Shown here: positions 1 to 10,880 of the stretch, in pieces
Numbering within the stretch: position 1 is the stretch's first letter
How the letters are laid out: each line of letters opens with the position of its first letter
Assembly (NCBI RefSeq): GCF_004010195.1
Contig: NC_057757.1
Span: 636,964-695,975 of the forward strand
Origin: Chiloscyllium plagiosum
Lineage: Eukaryota
Reading direction: 5' to 3'
Length of the DNA stretch: 59,012 nucleotides
Translations under genes and position numbers: made by a program
The notes under the pieces: generated by a model
What the model saw: only the letters and a program-made list of their open reading frames with translations
Database searches by the model: none
Told to the model about the DNA's origin: nothing

Positions 1-700
1 TTCCTACCCTAGTCATTCTTTTGTTCCTGACATACCTATAGAAAGCCTTAGGGTTTTCCCTAATCCTATCTACTAAGGACCTTTCATGTCCCCTCCTTTC
101 TGCTTTTAGCTCTCTCTTCAGGTCCTTCCTGGCTACCCTATAACTCTCAATCGCCCCAATTGTACCTTCACGTCTCATCTTGAGATAGGCCGCCCTCTTC
201 CATTTAACAAGGGATTCCAATTCCTTATTAAACCACGGCTCCCTCGCACGACCCTTTCCTCCCTGCCTGACAGGTACATAATTATCAAGGACACTCAATA
301 TTTGCTCCTTGAACAAGCTCCACATATCAATTACATCCTTGCCTTGAAGCTTACTTTTCCAGGCCACACATCCTAAGTCATGCCTCACAGCATCATAATT
401 TCCCTGCCCCCATCTATAACTCTTGCCCTCTCCATTGATCCCTCTCCATCACTAGAGTAAAGGTCACCGAATTGTGGTCACTGTCCCCAAAGTGCTCACC
501 TACCTCTAATTCTAACACCTGGCCTGGTTCGTTACCCAGAACCAAATCCAGTATGGCCTCACCTCTTGTTGGCCTGTCTACATATTGTGTCAGGAAACTC
601 TCCTGCACACATTGAACAAACACTGACCCATCTAACGAACTTGAGCTATAGCTTTCCCAATCAATATCAGGAAAGTTAAAGTCCCCCATAACAACAACAG
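1..700 (-). mobile_element. CR1-type LINE fragment, endonuclease region
   Basis: ORF 414-806 contains VMGDFNFPDIDW and PTRGEAILDLVL motifs. Confidence 0.9.
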
Positions 701-754
701 TGAGAAACATAAAAACAGATTGTAAAAGATTCCATAGATATATAAAATGATAAT

Positions 755-1490
755 AGTCATAGAAATGTTCAGCAAGGAAACAGACCCTTAGGTCCAACTC
801 GTCCATGTCAACCAGATATCCTAAATTAATCTAAAACCATTTGCCAGCATTTGGTCCAACTTCCTCCTAATCCCTTCTACTCATATACCCATCCAGATGC
901 CTTTTAAATGTTGTAATTGTACCAGCCTCCACCACTTCCTCTGGCAGCTCATTCCATACACACACCACCCTCTGTGTGAAAACATTGCCCCTTAGGTCCC
1001 TTTTAAATTTTTCCCCTCTCGCCTTAAACTTATGCCCTGTAGTTCTGGACTCCCCCAACCCAGAGAAAAGACCTTGTCTATTCACCCTATCCATGTCCCT
1101 CATGATTTTATAAACCTCTATAAGGAGAAAGTGAGGACTGCAGATGCTGGAGATCAGAGCTTAAAAATATGTTGCTGGAAAAGTGCAGCAGGTCAGGCAG
1201 CATCAAAGGAACAGGAGGATCGACGTTTCGGGCATAAGCCCTTCCTGAAGAAACGTCGATTCTCCTGTTCCTTTGATGCTGCCTGACCTGCTGCGCTTTT
1301 CCAGCAACACATTTTTAAACCTCTATAAGGTCACCCCTCAGCCTCCGACGCTCCAGGGAAAACAGCCCCAGCTTGTTCAGCCTCTCCCTATAGCTCAAGT
1401 CCTCCAACCCTGGCAACATCCTTGTAAACCCTTTCTGAACCATTTCAAGTTTCACACCATCCTTCCTATAGGAGGGAGACCAGAATTACA
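755..1490 (-). mobile_element. CR1 3' end interrupted by a hairpin insertion
   Basis: Translates to GHKFK...FTQRVV..WNELP, the CR1 ORF2 C-terminus, followed by the 3'UTR. Confidence 0.9.
1126..1315. mobile_element. Short palindromic (probably Penelope-derived) insertion with 15-bp TSD
   Basis: TAAACCTCTATAAGG duplicated at 1111-1125 and 1316-1330. Inverted arms at about 1163-1229 and 1250-1316. Confidence 0.85.
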
Positions 1491-1779
1491 AGATGAACAA
1501 ATATTAAAAAACGGGCTCAGTTAGAAGCAGAATAAGCAGACCTGATTATTGTATTACTTATCTTCCTGGAATGGTTCCCACAGATCTGAAAATGACAAAT
1601 GTAAACCCACTACTTATAAAACAGGAAACTACATCAACCTGTTAACAAGTTCTCTATCCAGAGAAACAGATGACAGGAGGAATTTTCTCTCTCAGAGGGA
1701 GTAGAATTTGTGGAATTCTTTACTGCAGAAGGCTGTTGAGACTCAGTCATTAAGTATATTCAAGGTTGAGTAATAGTAA

Positions 1780-2504
1780 TAGAGATGTACAGCATGGAAA
1801 CAGTCCTACATGTCCATGCTGACCATATTCTAAATTAATCTAGTCCATTTGGCAGCATATCCCTCTAAACCCTTCCTATTCATACACCCAGCCAGATGCC
1901 TTTTAAATGGTAATTGCTCTGGCAACTCATTCCAAACATGCACACCCTCTGTGTGAAACAGTTGCCCCTTAGGTCCCTTTTAAATCTTTCCCCTCTCACC
2001 TTAAACTTATGCCCTCTAGTTTTGGACTCCCCCACCCTGGGGAAAAAAGACCTTGGCTATTGACCCTATCTATGTCCCTCATGATTTTATAACTCCGATG
2101 CTCCAATGAAAATAGCCCCAGCTTATTCAACCTCTCCCTTTAGAACACACCCTGGCAACATCCTTGTAAATATTTTCTGAACCCTTTCATGTTTCACAAC
2201 ACCATTCCTATATTGCACCCAGTATTCCAAAAGCGGCCTAACCAATGTCCTGTACAGCCGCAACATGACCTCCCATCTCCTGTACTCAGTGCACTGACCA
2301 ATAAAGTAAAGCATACCAAACGCCTTCTTCACTATCCTGTCTACCTGCATTTTCCCCTTCAAGGAGCTATGAACCTGCACTCCAAGGTCTCTTTGTTCAG
2401 CAACACTCCCTAGGACCTTATCATTTAGTGTATAAACCCTGCTAAGATTTGCTTTCCCAAAATGCAACACTTTTCATTTATCGAAATTAAATTCCATCTG
2501 CCAC
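1780..2504 (-). mobile_element. CR1 3' fragment (continues briefly after the LTR at about 3285-3335)
   Basis: ORF 2123-2470 reads LHFGKAN...RDLGVQV...LYRTLVRPLLEY. Confidence 0.9.
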
Positions 2505-3284
2505 TGTGGTGGAGAAAATGGAGAGAATCACCAGGAGACTCGGAGAGTTCTTCAAGGAGTAGGTTTTTTATTTGCAAACAAAAAACCATGACACTCAGAA
2601 ACCAAATTCTTGAATGTCCCCGAACCTCAGGGTCCATGGCTCTTTATACCTTATTTTTATCATGTTTTTGTTAACTTATCAGCATGCTTAACCGTGTTAG
2701 TCAAAATTACCTCACTCCAGATATACAATAAACCAATAATGTTAGTTCCCATTATCTCTCTACTTCTGCCACTATAGTTTTTCCTACATTCTACTTAATA
2801 TTATTCTAATATCACGATTAAATACTTTACTGCATCCTCTGCCACAATGATCCTCCATCCCAGACTAACCTGTCATGGTTAGATATTTAGCTAGCCCGTC
2901 TACCACAATGGTCTCCTGTCCCAAGCTGACTCCACTAACTACTGATTAGATATTTATTGTCATGGGTCTCAAGCAGGCTGACTCTACTAACTCTTAATTA
3001 AATATTTAATGTCATCTCCTAAATATTTATTGCCACGACCTGTCCCAACCTGCCATGATGATATTTAGCAGGCGAGGCTGACTTTACTAACTGTTATTAT
3101 CTCAGCCTGCCATAGTAACCTTTCAGCTCCCAGTCTGACTCTGCTCATTGGTGTAGGAGCATTCCCACCATTCTTATCCCATCCTGCCACATTTTGACTC
3201 GTGTAGCATTCCACAGACCCCTTGTAACAGATCGCCAGTGGTCTTCATGCTTTAACCCTTCCCATGCTTTCTTTATTTTCCACA
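2505..3284 (-). mobile_element. Solo LTR (ERV- or LTR-retrotransposon-like), 780 bp
   Basis: TGTGG...CCACA termini with a 4-bp TSD CCAC (2501-2504, 3285-3288) splitting a CR1. On the minus strand, TATAAA (2643-2648) precedes AATAAA (2567-2572). Confidence 0.8.
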
Positions 3285-4480
3285 CCACTCTTCAGGCCAT
3301 TGGCCTATCTGATCAAGTTCCCCTTATAATCTGAGAACAGAGTCAACTTGGATTATGAAAGGGAAATCCATGTTTGACAAGGGGTTGGACTTTTTTTGAG
3401 AATGTAACTGGCAGGATCAATAGAGGGAATGCTATTCTTAGATTTTCAGAATATTTTAAATAAGGTCCCACACAAGAGTTGGTTTAAAAAAAAGATTTCG
3501 AGCACAGGGGATTGGGGGAATGTATTGGCATGGATTGAGAACAGGTTAATGTGCAGAAAATAGAGGGTTGGAATAATGGGCCTTTTTCTAGTTGATTACT
3601 GGGTAATGCAAGGCTCAGTGCTTAGGATCACAGCTTTTCACAGTCTAGATTTAGGTTTTATTGTCAAGTACAGGAATACAGTGAAAAGTGTTGCCACACA
3701 CAGCGCCATCTTAGGTACAAAGTGCTGAGTTACAACCTTAGGTACTAAAATAAATTAGGGACAAGAATAGAGAGATACTGAAAAAGGTTATTTGGCAAAC
3801 TGATTGTGAAATCCCAGTTATTCAGCTCCAGTGTGCTTGGTGTTTCGCTGATTATCCTGACCTGCGTTTACAGCAATGATTCTCATGGAAGGATTCATTG
3901 TAATATTTCCAAGTTGGCAGAGACACAAAACCAAATGGGAGTTGTGAGGGTGATACAAAGGGATTTTATGAGGCGGAGAGCATGGGCATGAATTTGGCAG
4001 CGGGAATACAAGGTGAGGATGGTTATCCAATTCGGGAACATCAGAAATACAATATTTATTAATTAGAGAGAGGCTGGCAAGTATTAAACTTCAAAGGGTG
4101 TTCCACCTGGATTTCAAAACGTGAACAGAAAGCAATGAAGAAGGGTATGATATGTCAGCCTTTATTACAAATGGGTTTGGTTACAGTAGCAGGGGTTCCT
4201 GCACCTATATAGAATCACAGTGAAACAGCGTTGGGAGTATTTTATATATCATTTGCCTCCTTAGTTGCCAAAGAAGGCTCGCCAGTTAGCATGGATTGAG
4301 GAGACTGGGGCCTCTATTCATTGGGCTCTAAGGAAAGACAGATGATTCACTCAAAACGTACAGTCTCTCTACAGAAACTGACAGGGTAAATGGAAGAATG
4401 GTGATTCCCCCTATGAGGAGGGGGGGGGGTAGGAGTCTGGAACCAGGGAACACAATCTCAGAATAAGAGGTCCACCATTT

Positions 4481-5360
4481 CATTGAATCCCCACAGTATA
4501 GAAGCAGGCCATTCAGCCCATACCAACCCTCCAAAGAGCATCCCATCTTATCCCATCCCATGGCTTAACCTACACATCCCTGGACACTATGGGGCAATTT
4601 AGTATAGCCAATCCACCCTACCTGCACACCTTTGGACTGTGGGAGGAAACCAGAGCACCCAGAGAAACCCCACACAGACACGGGGAGGATGTGCAAACCC
4701 CACCCAGACACGGGGAGGATGTGCAAACCCCACACAGACACGGGGAGGATGTGCAAACCCCACACAGTCACGGGGAGGATATGCAAACCCCACCCAGTCA
4801 CGGGGATGATGTGCAAATCCCACCCAGACACGGGGAGGATATGCAAACCCCACCCAGTCACGGGGATGAGGTGCAAACCCCACCCAGACACGGGGATGAT
4901 GTGCAAACCCCACCCAGACACAGGGAGGATGTGCAAACCCCACACAGACACGGGGATGAGGTGCAAACCCCACCCAGTCACGGGGATGAGGTGCAAACCC
5001 CACCCAGACACGGGGATGATGTGCAAACCCCACACAGACACGGGGAGGATGTGCAAACCCCACACAGACACGGGGAGGATGTACAAACCCCACCCAGTCA
5101 CGGGGAGGATGTGCAAACCCCACACAGACACGGGGAGGATGTGCAAACCCCACACAGTCACGGGGAGGATGTGCAAACCCCACACAGTCACGGGGAGGAT
5201 GTGCAAACCCCACCCTGACACGGGGAGGATGTGCAAACCCCACACAGACACGGGGAGGATGTGCAAACCCCACACAGACACGGGGAGGATTTGCAAACCC
5301 CACACAGTCACCTGAATCAGATCTGGTGTTGCGAGGCAGCTGCGTTAACCACTGAGACGC
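4481..5360 (-). mobile_element. V-SINE/HE1-type SINE with internal tandem expansion
   Basis: Flanks match the SINE core GGTTTCCTCCCACAGTCCAAAG also seen at about 25150, 26250 and 36640. Confidence 0.85.
4665..5311. repeat. 30-bp minisatellite, about 21.5 copies (AAACCCCACACAGACACGGGGAGGATGTGC)
   Basis: The periodicity is directly visible and produces the repetitive ORFs on both strands. Confidence 0.97.
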
Positions 5361-5654
5361 CCTTGATGAGATAAGGAGGATTTACTGCTCTCAGTGCCAC
5401 ACCTTTGGAATTCACTCCCTGAGGCTCTGTCAGTCATTAATAATGTTCAGGACTGAGAATGATAGGCTCCTACAAATTAAAAACACCAAGGGATGTGGAA
5501 ATAGTGCAGGGAAATGGTGTTGATGTAGCTAGACCGTGACCTTATTGAATGGTGGAGCAGGCTCAAAGGAGCTGAATGGCCTTCTGCTGGCCCCATTGTG
5601 TTCTTATGCAACAGAAAATGGCCATTCAGCCCTTCAAACCTATTCTGCTTTTCA

Positions 5655-6270
5655 TTGCAGGTGCAAAATTCCTTGAAAGTGGAGTTGCAGGTAGATAGGG
5701 TAGTGAAGGAGGTGTTTGGTACACTTGCCTTCATTGGTCAGTGCATTGAGTATAGGAGTTAGGAGGTTAAGCTGCGGCTGTAACATTGGCAAGGCCACTT
5801 TTGGAATACTGCGTTCAATTCTGGTCTCTCTGCTATAGGAAAGATGTTAAACTTGAAGCAGCTCAGAAAAGATTGACAAGAATGTTGCCAGGGTTGGAGG
5901 GTTTGAGCTATAGGTAGGGGCTGGGGCTGTTTACCCTGGAGTGTCAGAGACTGAGGGGTGACCTTATATAAGGAGTACAGATAAAATAAGTAGCCACAGT
6001 CTTGACAAGGGATTTAGATGTATTTGGAAAAGCAAGGACCCAATAGAGATAGTCAACATGGCTTTATGGGTGGGAAATTACATCTCACGAACTTGATTGA
6101 GTTTTTTGAAGTAGTAACAAAGAGGATTGATGAGGGCAGAGCGGTGGATGTGATCGATCTGGACTTCAGTAAGGCGTTCGACAAGGTTCCCCATGGGAGA
6201 CTGGTTAGCAAAGTTACATCACATGGAATACAGGGAGAACTAGCCATTTGGGTACAGAACTGGCACAGTC
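5655..6270 (+). mobile_element. CR1 ORF2 fragments (RT region)
   Basis: ORF 6018-6491 contains SQHGF...LTNLIEFF...LDFSKAFDKVPH. Confidence 0.88.
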
Positions 6271-7090
6271 TGTTTCTGTGCTGTACATCTCTGATCAAGG
6301 CGGATGTTTCTGCTCTGAGTCAGCGCATCATGAGTGGGTCACAAGAAGGAACTGTGTTGTCATCAACTTTCACTGTTAGCTTGCCTTGGAAGCAGAATGG
6401 GGAAGTTCTGTGGCTCTTTCAGCACGAGAAATCTTGCCTCTCCACCCCCAGCCCCATGTCCCTTACCCATCCCTCCCACAGCCAGTGCTGAGTGAACATT
6501 CCTGGACGTGCCTGCTGAGATGCTGTACTCTCCATCAGTGTCCAGGCAGCCAAGAGACCAGTTGACCACAAAGTAACCTCCTGATGCAAGTCAGCAACTG
6601 GAAACATAAAAAAAATACTTGTTCAGATAGAATGAAGGCAAGGAAGCTTGCTGAAGCTTGTATAAACCACTGAGAAAGAGCTGGAGAGAAACTCACCATC
6701 CAGTACAAAGCAGCTCCCACACCCACAAACATCCCCTCCCTCCCTCCCCCACCGACGCTCAGTAGCAGCAGTGTGTACCAGCTACAAGATACACTGCAGA
6801 AACTCATCAAAGACCCTCAGGCAGCACCTTCCAAACCCACGGCCCTTCCATCCAGAAGGACAAGGGGCAGCAGGTACATGGGAACCCCACCCCCTTGCAA
6901 GTTCCCTCTGAGCCCCTCACCATCCTGACTTGGGAATATATCGCCGTTCCCTCAGTGTGGCTGGCTCAGAATCCTGGGATTCCCCTCCCTCAGGGACATT
7001 GTGGGTCTACCCTCCAGCTGAGGGCCCACCCGGATCCTGAGCTTGCAGATTTCCCACTATGTAACTTTTCGATAGGATGCCTTCGACCTC

Positions 7091-7184
7091 CCGCCCCAGT
7101 GACTCACTCTCTGGGAAGGAAAACGAAACTGATGTGAAAGCTCTCAGTGCGATTGGCTTGCAAAGTTAGAAACTTTCATTTCCT
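7091..7184 (+). promoter_or_regulatory. Myeloid/interferon-type promoter motif cluster
   Basis: GC box 7091-7096, AP-1 TGACTCA 7100-7106, ISRE-like GAAAACGAAACT 7119-7130, inverted CCAAT 7152-7156, ETS-IRF composite AGGAAATGAAAGT (-) 7172-7184. Confidence 0.55.
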
Positions 7185-7312
7185 GCTATCGACATCAGCG
7201 AACGGGCAGGGTGGCAAAAACCAGCCAGGAGCTTTCATCTGTGTCTGTCTCCAGTGACTGTCGCTCTCTGTCCAGGCAAGGATTGTAAAAGCAGCAGCTG
7301 CAGCCCAGGACA

Positions 7313-7364
7313 ATGCATCCCTCTTCATTCCTGTTCTGGATGCTCCTCGGCAGCACCTCAGCCG
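7313..7364 (+). CDS. Candidate first coding exon (signal peptide MHPSSFLFWMLLGSTSA) of an unidentified secreted or membrane protein
   Basis: ACAATGC start context, 17 mostly hydrophobic or small codons, then G|gtgagt phase-1 donor, in unique sequence with a promoter-like upstream region. Confidence 0.6.
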
Positions 7365-7951
7365 GTGAGTTCACAAACTAACCAGTTCTTAGGGAAACAA
7401 CACAGACCACGTTGTATTTGCAAATCAAGCCAGGATTTCTACTGCATCAGTGTGAACCGACCGGACTTTTCAACAAGGGCAGCTTTTTGTGAGTGGGAGG
7501 AAGTGGGTTCGGATTTTCAAATTACTGAGCATTCTGACTGACTTAAAACTCGTTAAGAAGTGACTTTTTTTTTTAAATAGATCTTTCTCGAGGCCCTTTT
7601 TTAGTCAGAAATCGCCCTCGCACAAATGTTACTGGGCCGGAGGAGACCACTCGGCCCGTCGTGTCTGCACGTCAAAGGGCGTCAGTCAGTCGCCAGTTTC
7701 CCTCCATCCCCATTTCCTTGCACGCTGTTACCATTCAAATCACTGTCCTCATTAAAACCTAAATTAAAAACCCAAAGAGCTGCGGGTGCCGGGAATCAGA
7801 AACTGCTGGAAAAGCTCAGCAAGTCTGGCAGCATCTGTAGCAGAGAAAGCAGGTCCAGTTACCCTTCCTCAGAATATTGTTTTAATTTCGTGCACGGTTT
7901 CTCTCTCCATAGACACCGCCAGAATCTATTTAGCTTTGGTTAATTATCCTT

Positions 7952-8260
7952 CCTCAGGCGTGCTGTCATAGAGAGGTATAAGACACAGTATTCATAAACA
8001 AAACGTTAATAACTTTAAAATAAGCTGCCCTTGTTGAATCCTGTAATCAGTTAGGAGGTGGACTGCTGGTTAGACTGGAAAGGAATCTGATTTTACATTT
8101 TAATCAGCACTCTTATCTCCTAACTGATTACAGGATTCAACAAGGGCAGCTAGTTTTAAAGTTGTGCCTGATACCCCTCTATCACAACAGGTCTGAGCTC
8201 CGAAAGCCAGTCCTTCCCAAATAAACCTGTTGGACTGGAACCTGGCATCGTTTGATTTTT
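7952..8260. repeat. Long inverted repeat (hairpin) related to the Penelope-derived short elements
   Basis: 8011-8058 is the near-exact reverse complement of 8117-8164, with outer arms at about 7952-7986 and 8164-8197. The tail CCAAATAAACCTGTTGGACT is shared with the 21.6-kb element. Confidence 0.75.
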
Positions 8261-8469
8261 GCCTTTCCCTCTGAGCTACTTTCCCTTGTTCTGTGCTTTC
8301 ACTCTCTGTTTTGCTGCTCTCTGTTCTGTCACTCGCTCTGTTCCACTCTCTCTCTCTCTCTGTCTACTTCATCTCTGTTTCTCTCTCCCATCACTCTCTA
8401 CTATCCTCATTAGAAACCAGGAGTTGACCCTTTAAGCCATCTCCACATTCAGTAAGGCCATGGATGATC

Positions 8470-9930
8470 CCCTCTTCTTTAATGCCACATTCCCACTTTC
8501 CCCCCACTGGAAACAGACCCAGGTCTGCCTTGAGTATTTCTAGTCCCCACAACGTTCTGTGGCAGAGAGTTCCACGGGAACACCACCCTCTGAGTTAAGA
8601 AATCTTTCCTTATCTCAGTCTGAAATGGCCCACCCTTATATCGGAGACTGTGTCCCCTGGTTCTAAATTCCCTCACCCAGGGGAAACATCCTCCCTGTAC
8701 CTAGTCTGTCCAGCCCTGTTAGAATTTATACATTTCAGGGATCTCCCTGTCTTCCCTCTACACTTGAGTGAATCCAGGCTCTCTGAATATGACAGTCCTG
8801 CCATCCCTGATATCACTCGGGTGAACCTCTGCTGTGCTCTTGATGTGGTAGGTATACCCTCTCCAACACTACACACATCACCCCTGGGGGCGGTCTCTCC
8901 GAGGTCCTGGCTAACTTCAGGAAAACAGTCCTCCTTCTGAACCCCAATTGTTTTCCAATCAAGGCCAGTATTCCATTGGCTTTCCCAGTGGCTTACTGCT
9001 GCTGCCTGTCTCCTTCCATTGGCTGGTGTACAAGGAGCCCCAGATCCCTCTGTAGATCTGCACTTGGCAGTCGATCACCTGTTAAATGAGATGCTGCCTT
9101 CCTGGTTTTCACATCCAACTGTATCGCTTCACATTTTGCCACATTGGGCTGCGTCTGCCCTGGGTTTACCCACTTGGTCACTCAGCCTGTCTTGAATCAC
9201 TCTGAAACTTCATTGCCCCTTCCTCACCACTCTCGCTCCCCCAGGTTTGGGAATGTTGCATTCAGTTCCCACATCCTGGTCATTTCTACATACTGGGAAG
9301 AGGTGAGGACCAAGTACTGATGCCTGCGGGACTCCACTAGTCACTGCCTGCAACTGGGGCATAAACCCGGAGAGAAACCCGTTTATTCCCACTCTCTGCT
9401 TCCTGTCTGTTAACCAATTGTCAAACCATTGCCAATCTATTACTATCTTCACCGCTAACCTTTTAGGAGGAATGATATCAAAAGCTTCACAGAATCCAAA
9501 TATCCCACACCCACCGGTCCCCCTGGATTGAGTCCACTTGTTACAGCTTCTGAAAACTCCAGCTGATTTGTTAAGCACAAGATGCCGTTCATGAATCCAC
9601 ACTGGCATTGTGCAATGCTTTTCAAATGTTCTCTTGTCTTTTATAGTAGACTCCAGTACTTTCCTCCACGGCGGCTGCTTGGGTAACTGCTCAGTAAGGC
9701 TCTGTCTGCTCTCCCTCTGTCACACTTACTGCCCTCCCATCTGTCCAAGCTGCTCCGGGGTGAGCAGGGGTGGGGGTGGTGGGGGGGGGCAGAGAAGACT
9801 GGAAGATGACCACCAATTCATCCGATATTTTCAGGGCCATTTCCTTTAGGATTCCAGGATGTAGATTCTTGGACAATGGTGGGCAGTTGTCAGCCTTTAA
9901 CCCCATTACTTTCCCCAGCAACATTTGCCT
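8470..9930 (-). mobile_element. Older degenerate CR1-type LINE
   Basis: Fragmented ORFs contain WLTDRKQRVGING, TSGVPQASVLGP and TRGHSL. Confidence 0.85.
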
Positions 9931-10880
9931 TCTCGTACTGACTTCCTACAATTTCTCCCTCTCACTTGACTCCTAACATTTCAGAAAGGGCTGTTTGCAC
10001 CGCTTTTTGTGAAGACAGGACCTGTCTCTCTTNNNNNNNNNNNNNNNNNNNNNNNNNNNNNNNNNNNNNNNNNNNNNNNNNNNNNNNNNNNNNNNNNNNN
10101 NNNNNNNNNNNNNNNNNNNNNNNNNNNNNNNNNNNNNNNNNNNNNNNNNNNNNNNNNNNNNNNNNNNNNNNNNNNNNNNNNNNNNNNNNNNNNNNNNNNN
10201 NNNNNNNNNNNNNNNNNNNNNNNNNNNNNNNNNNNNNNNNNNNNNNNNNNNNNNNNNNNNNNNNNNNNNNNNNNNNNNNNNNNNNNNNNNNNNNNNNNNN
10301 NNNNNNNNNNNNNNNNNNNNNNNNNNNNNNNNNNNNNNNNNNNNNNNNNNNNNNNNNNNNNNNNNNNNNNNNNNNNNNNNNNNNNNNNNNNNNNNNNNNN
10401 NNNNNNNNNNNNNNNNNNNNNNNNNNNNNNNNNNNNNNNNNNNNNNNNNNNNNNNNNNNNNNNNNNNNNNNNNNNNNNNNNNNNNNNNNNNNNNNNNNNN
10501 NNNNNNNNNNNNNNNNNNNNNNNNNNNNNNNNCTCACACACACACACACACACACACAGCTAGAGCAGATATCCCAACACACAGGCAGGAACATCATCGA
10601 CGGTGGAAAGTGAGTCTCTGTCAGTGGGAGCATGACTATTCCTGATTGTTGGGAAAGCCCTTGGGATTCACTAACGTCCTTCAGGGAGGGAGACCTGCTA
10701 TTCTTACCCCGGTCTGGCCTCACACGTGACTCCAGGCCCAGAGCCCAATGTGGCTGCGTTTAACTTGCCCCCCATAACAGCCTGGCAGCACTCTTGGTTC
10801 AGGGACAATTAGGGAGGGGAGAAAATGCTGACCTAACAACAGGCCTCACACCCTGTGGAAGGAGAGAGGAAGAGATAGTG

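Noticed and set aside
4565..5315. Repetitive 200-250 aa ORFs, and a CRISPR-like periodicity
   Set aside because: This is a pure tandem 30-mer from a SINE, with no unique spacers, no cas genes and a eukaryotic context.
9962..10723. ORFs spanning N runs (also 14894-16260)
   Set aside because: Artefacts of assembly gaps.
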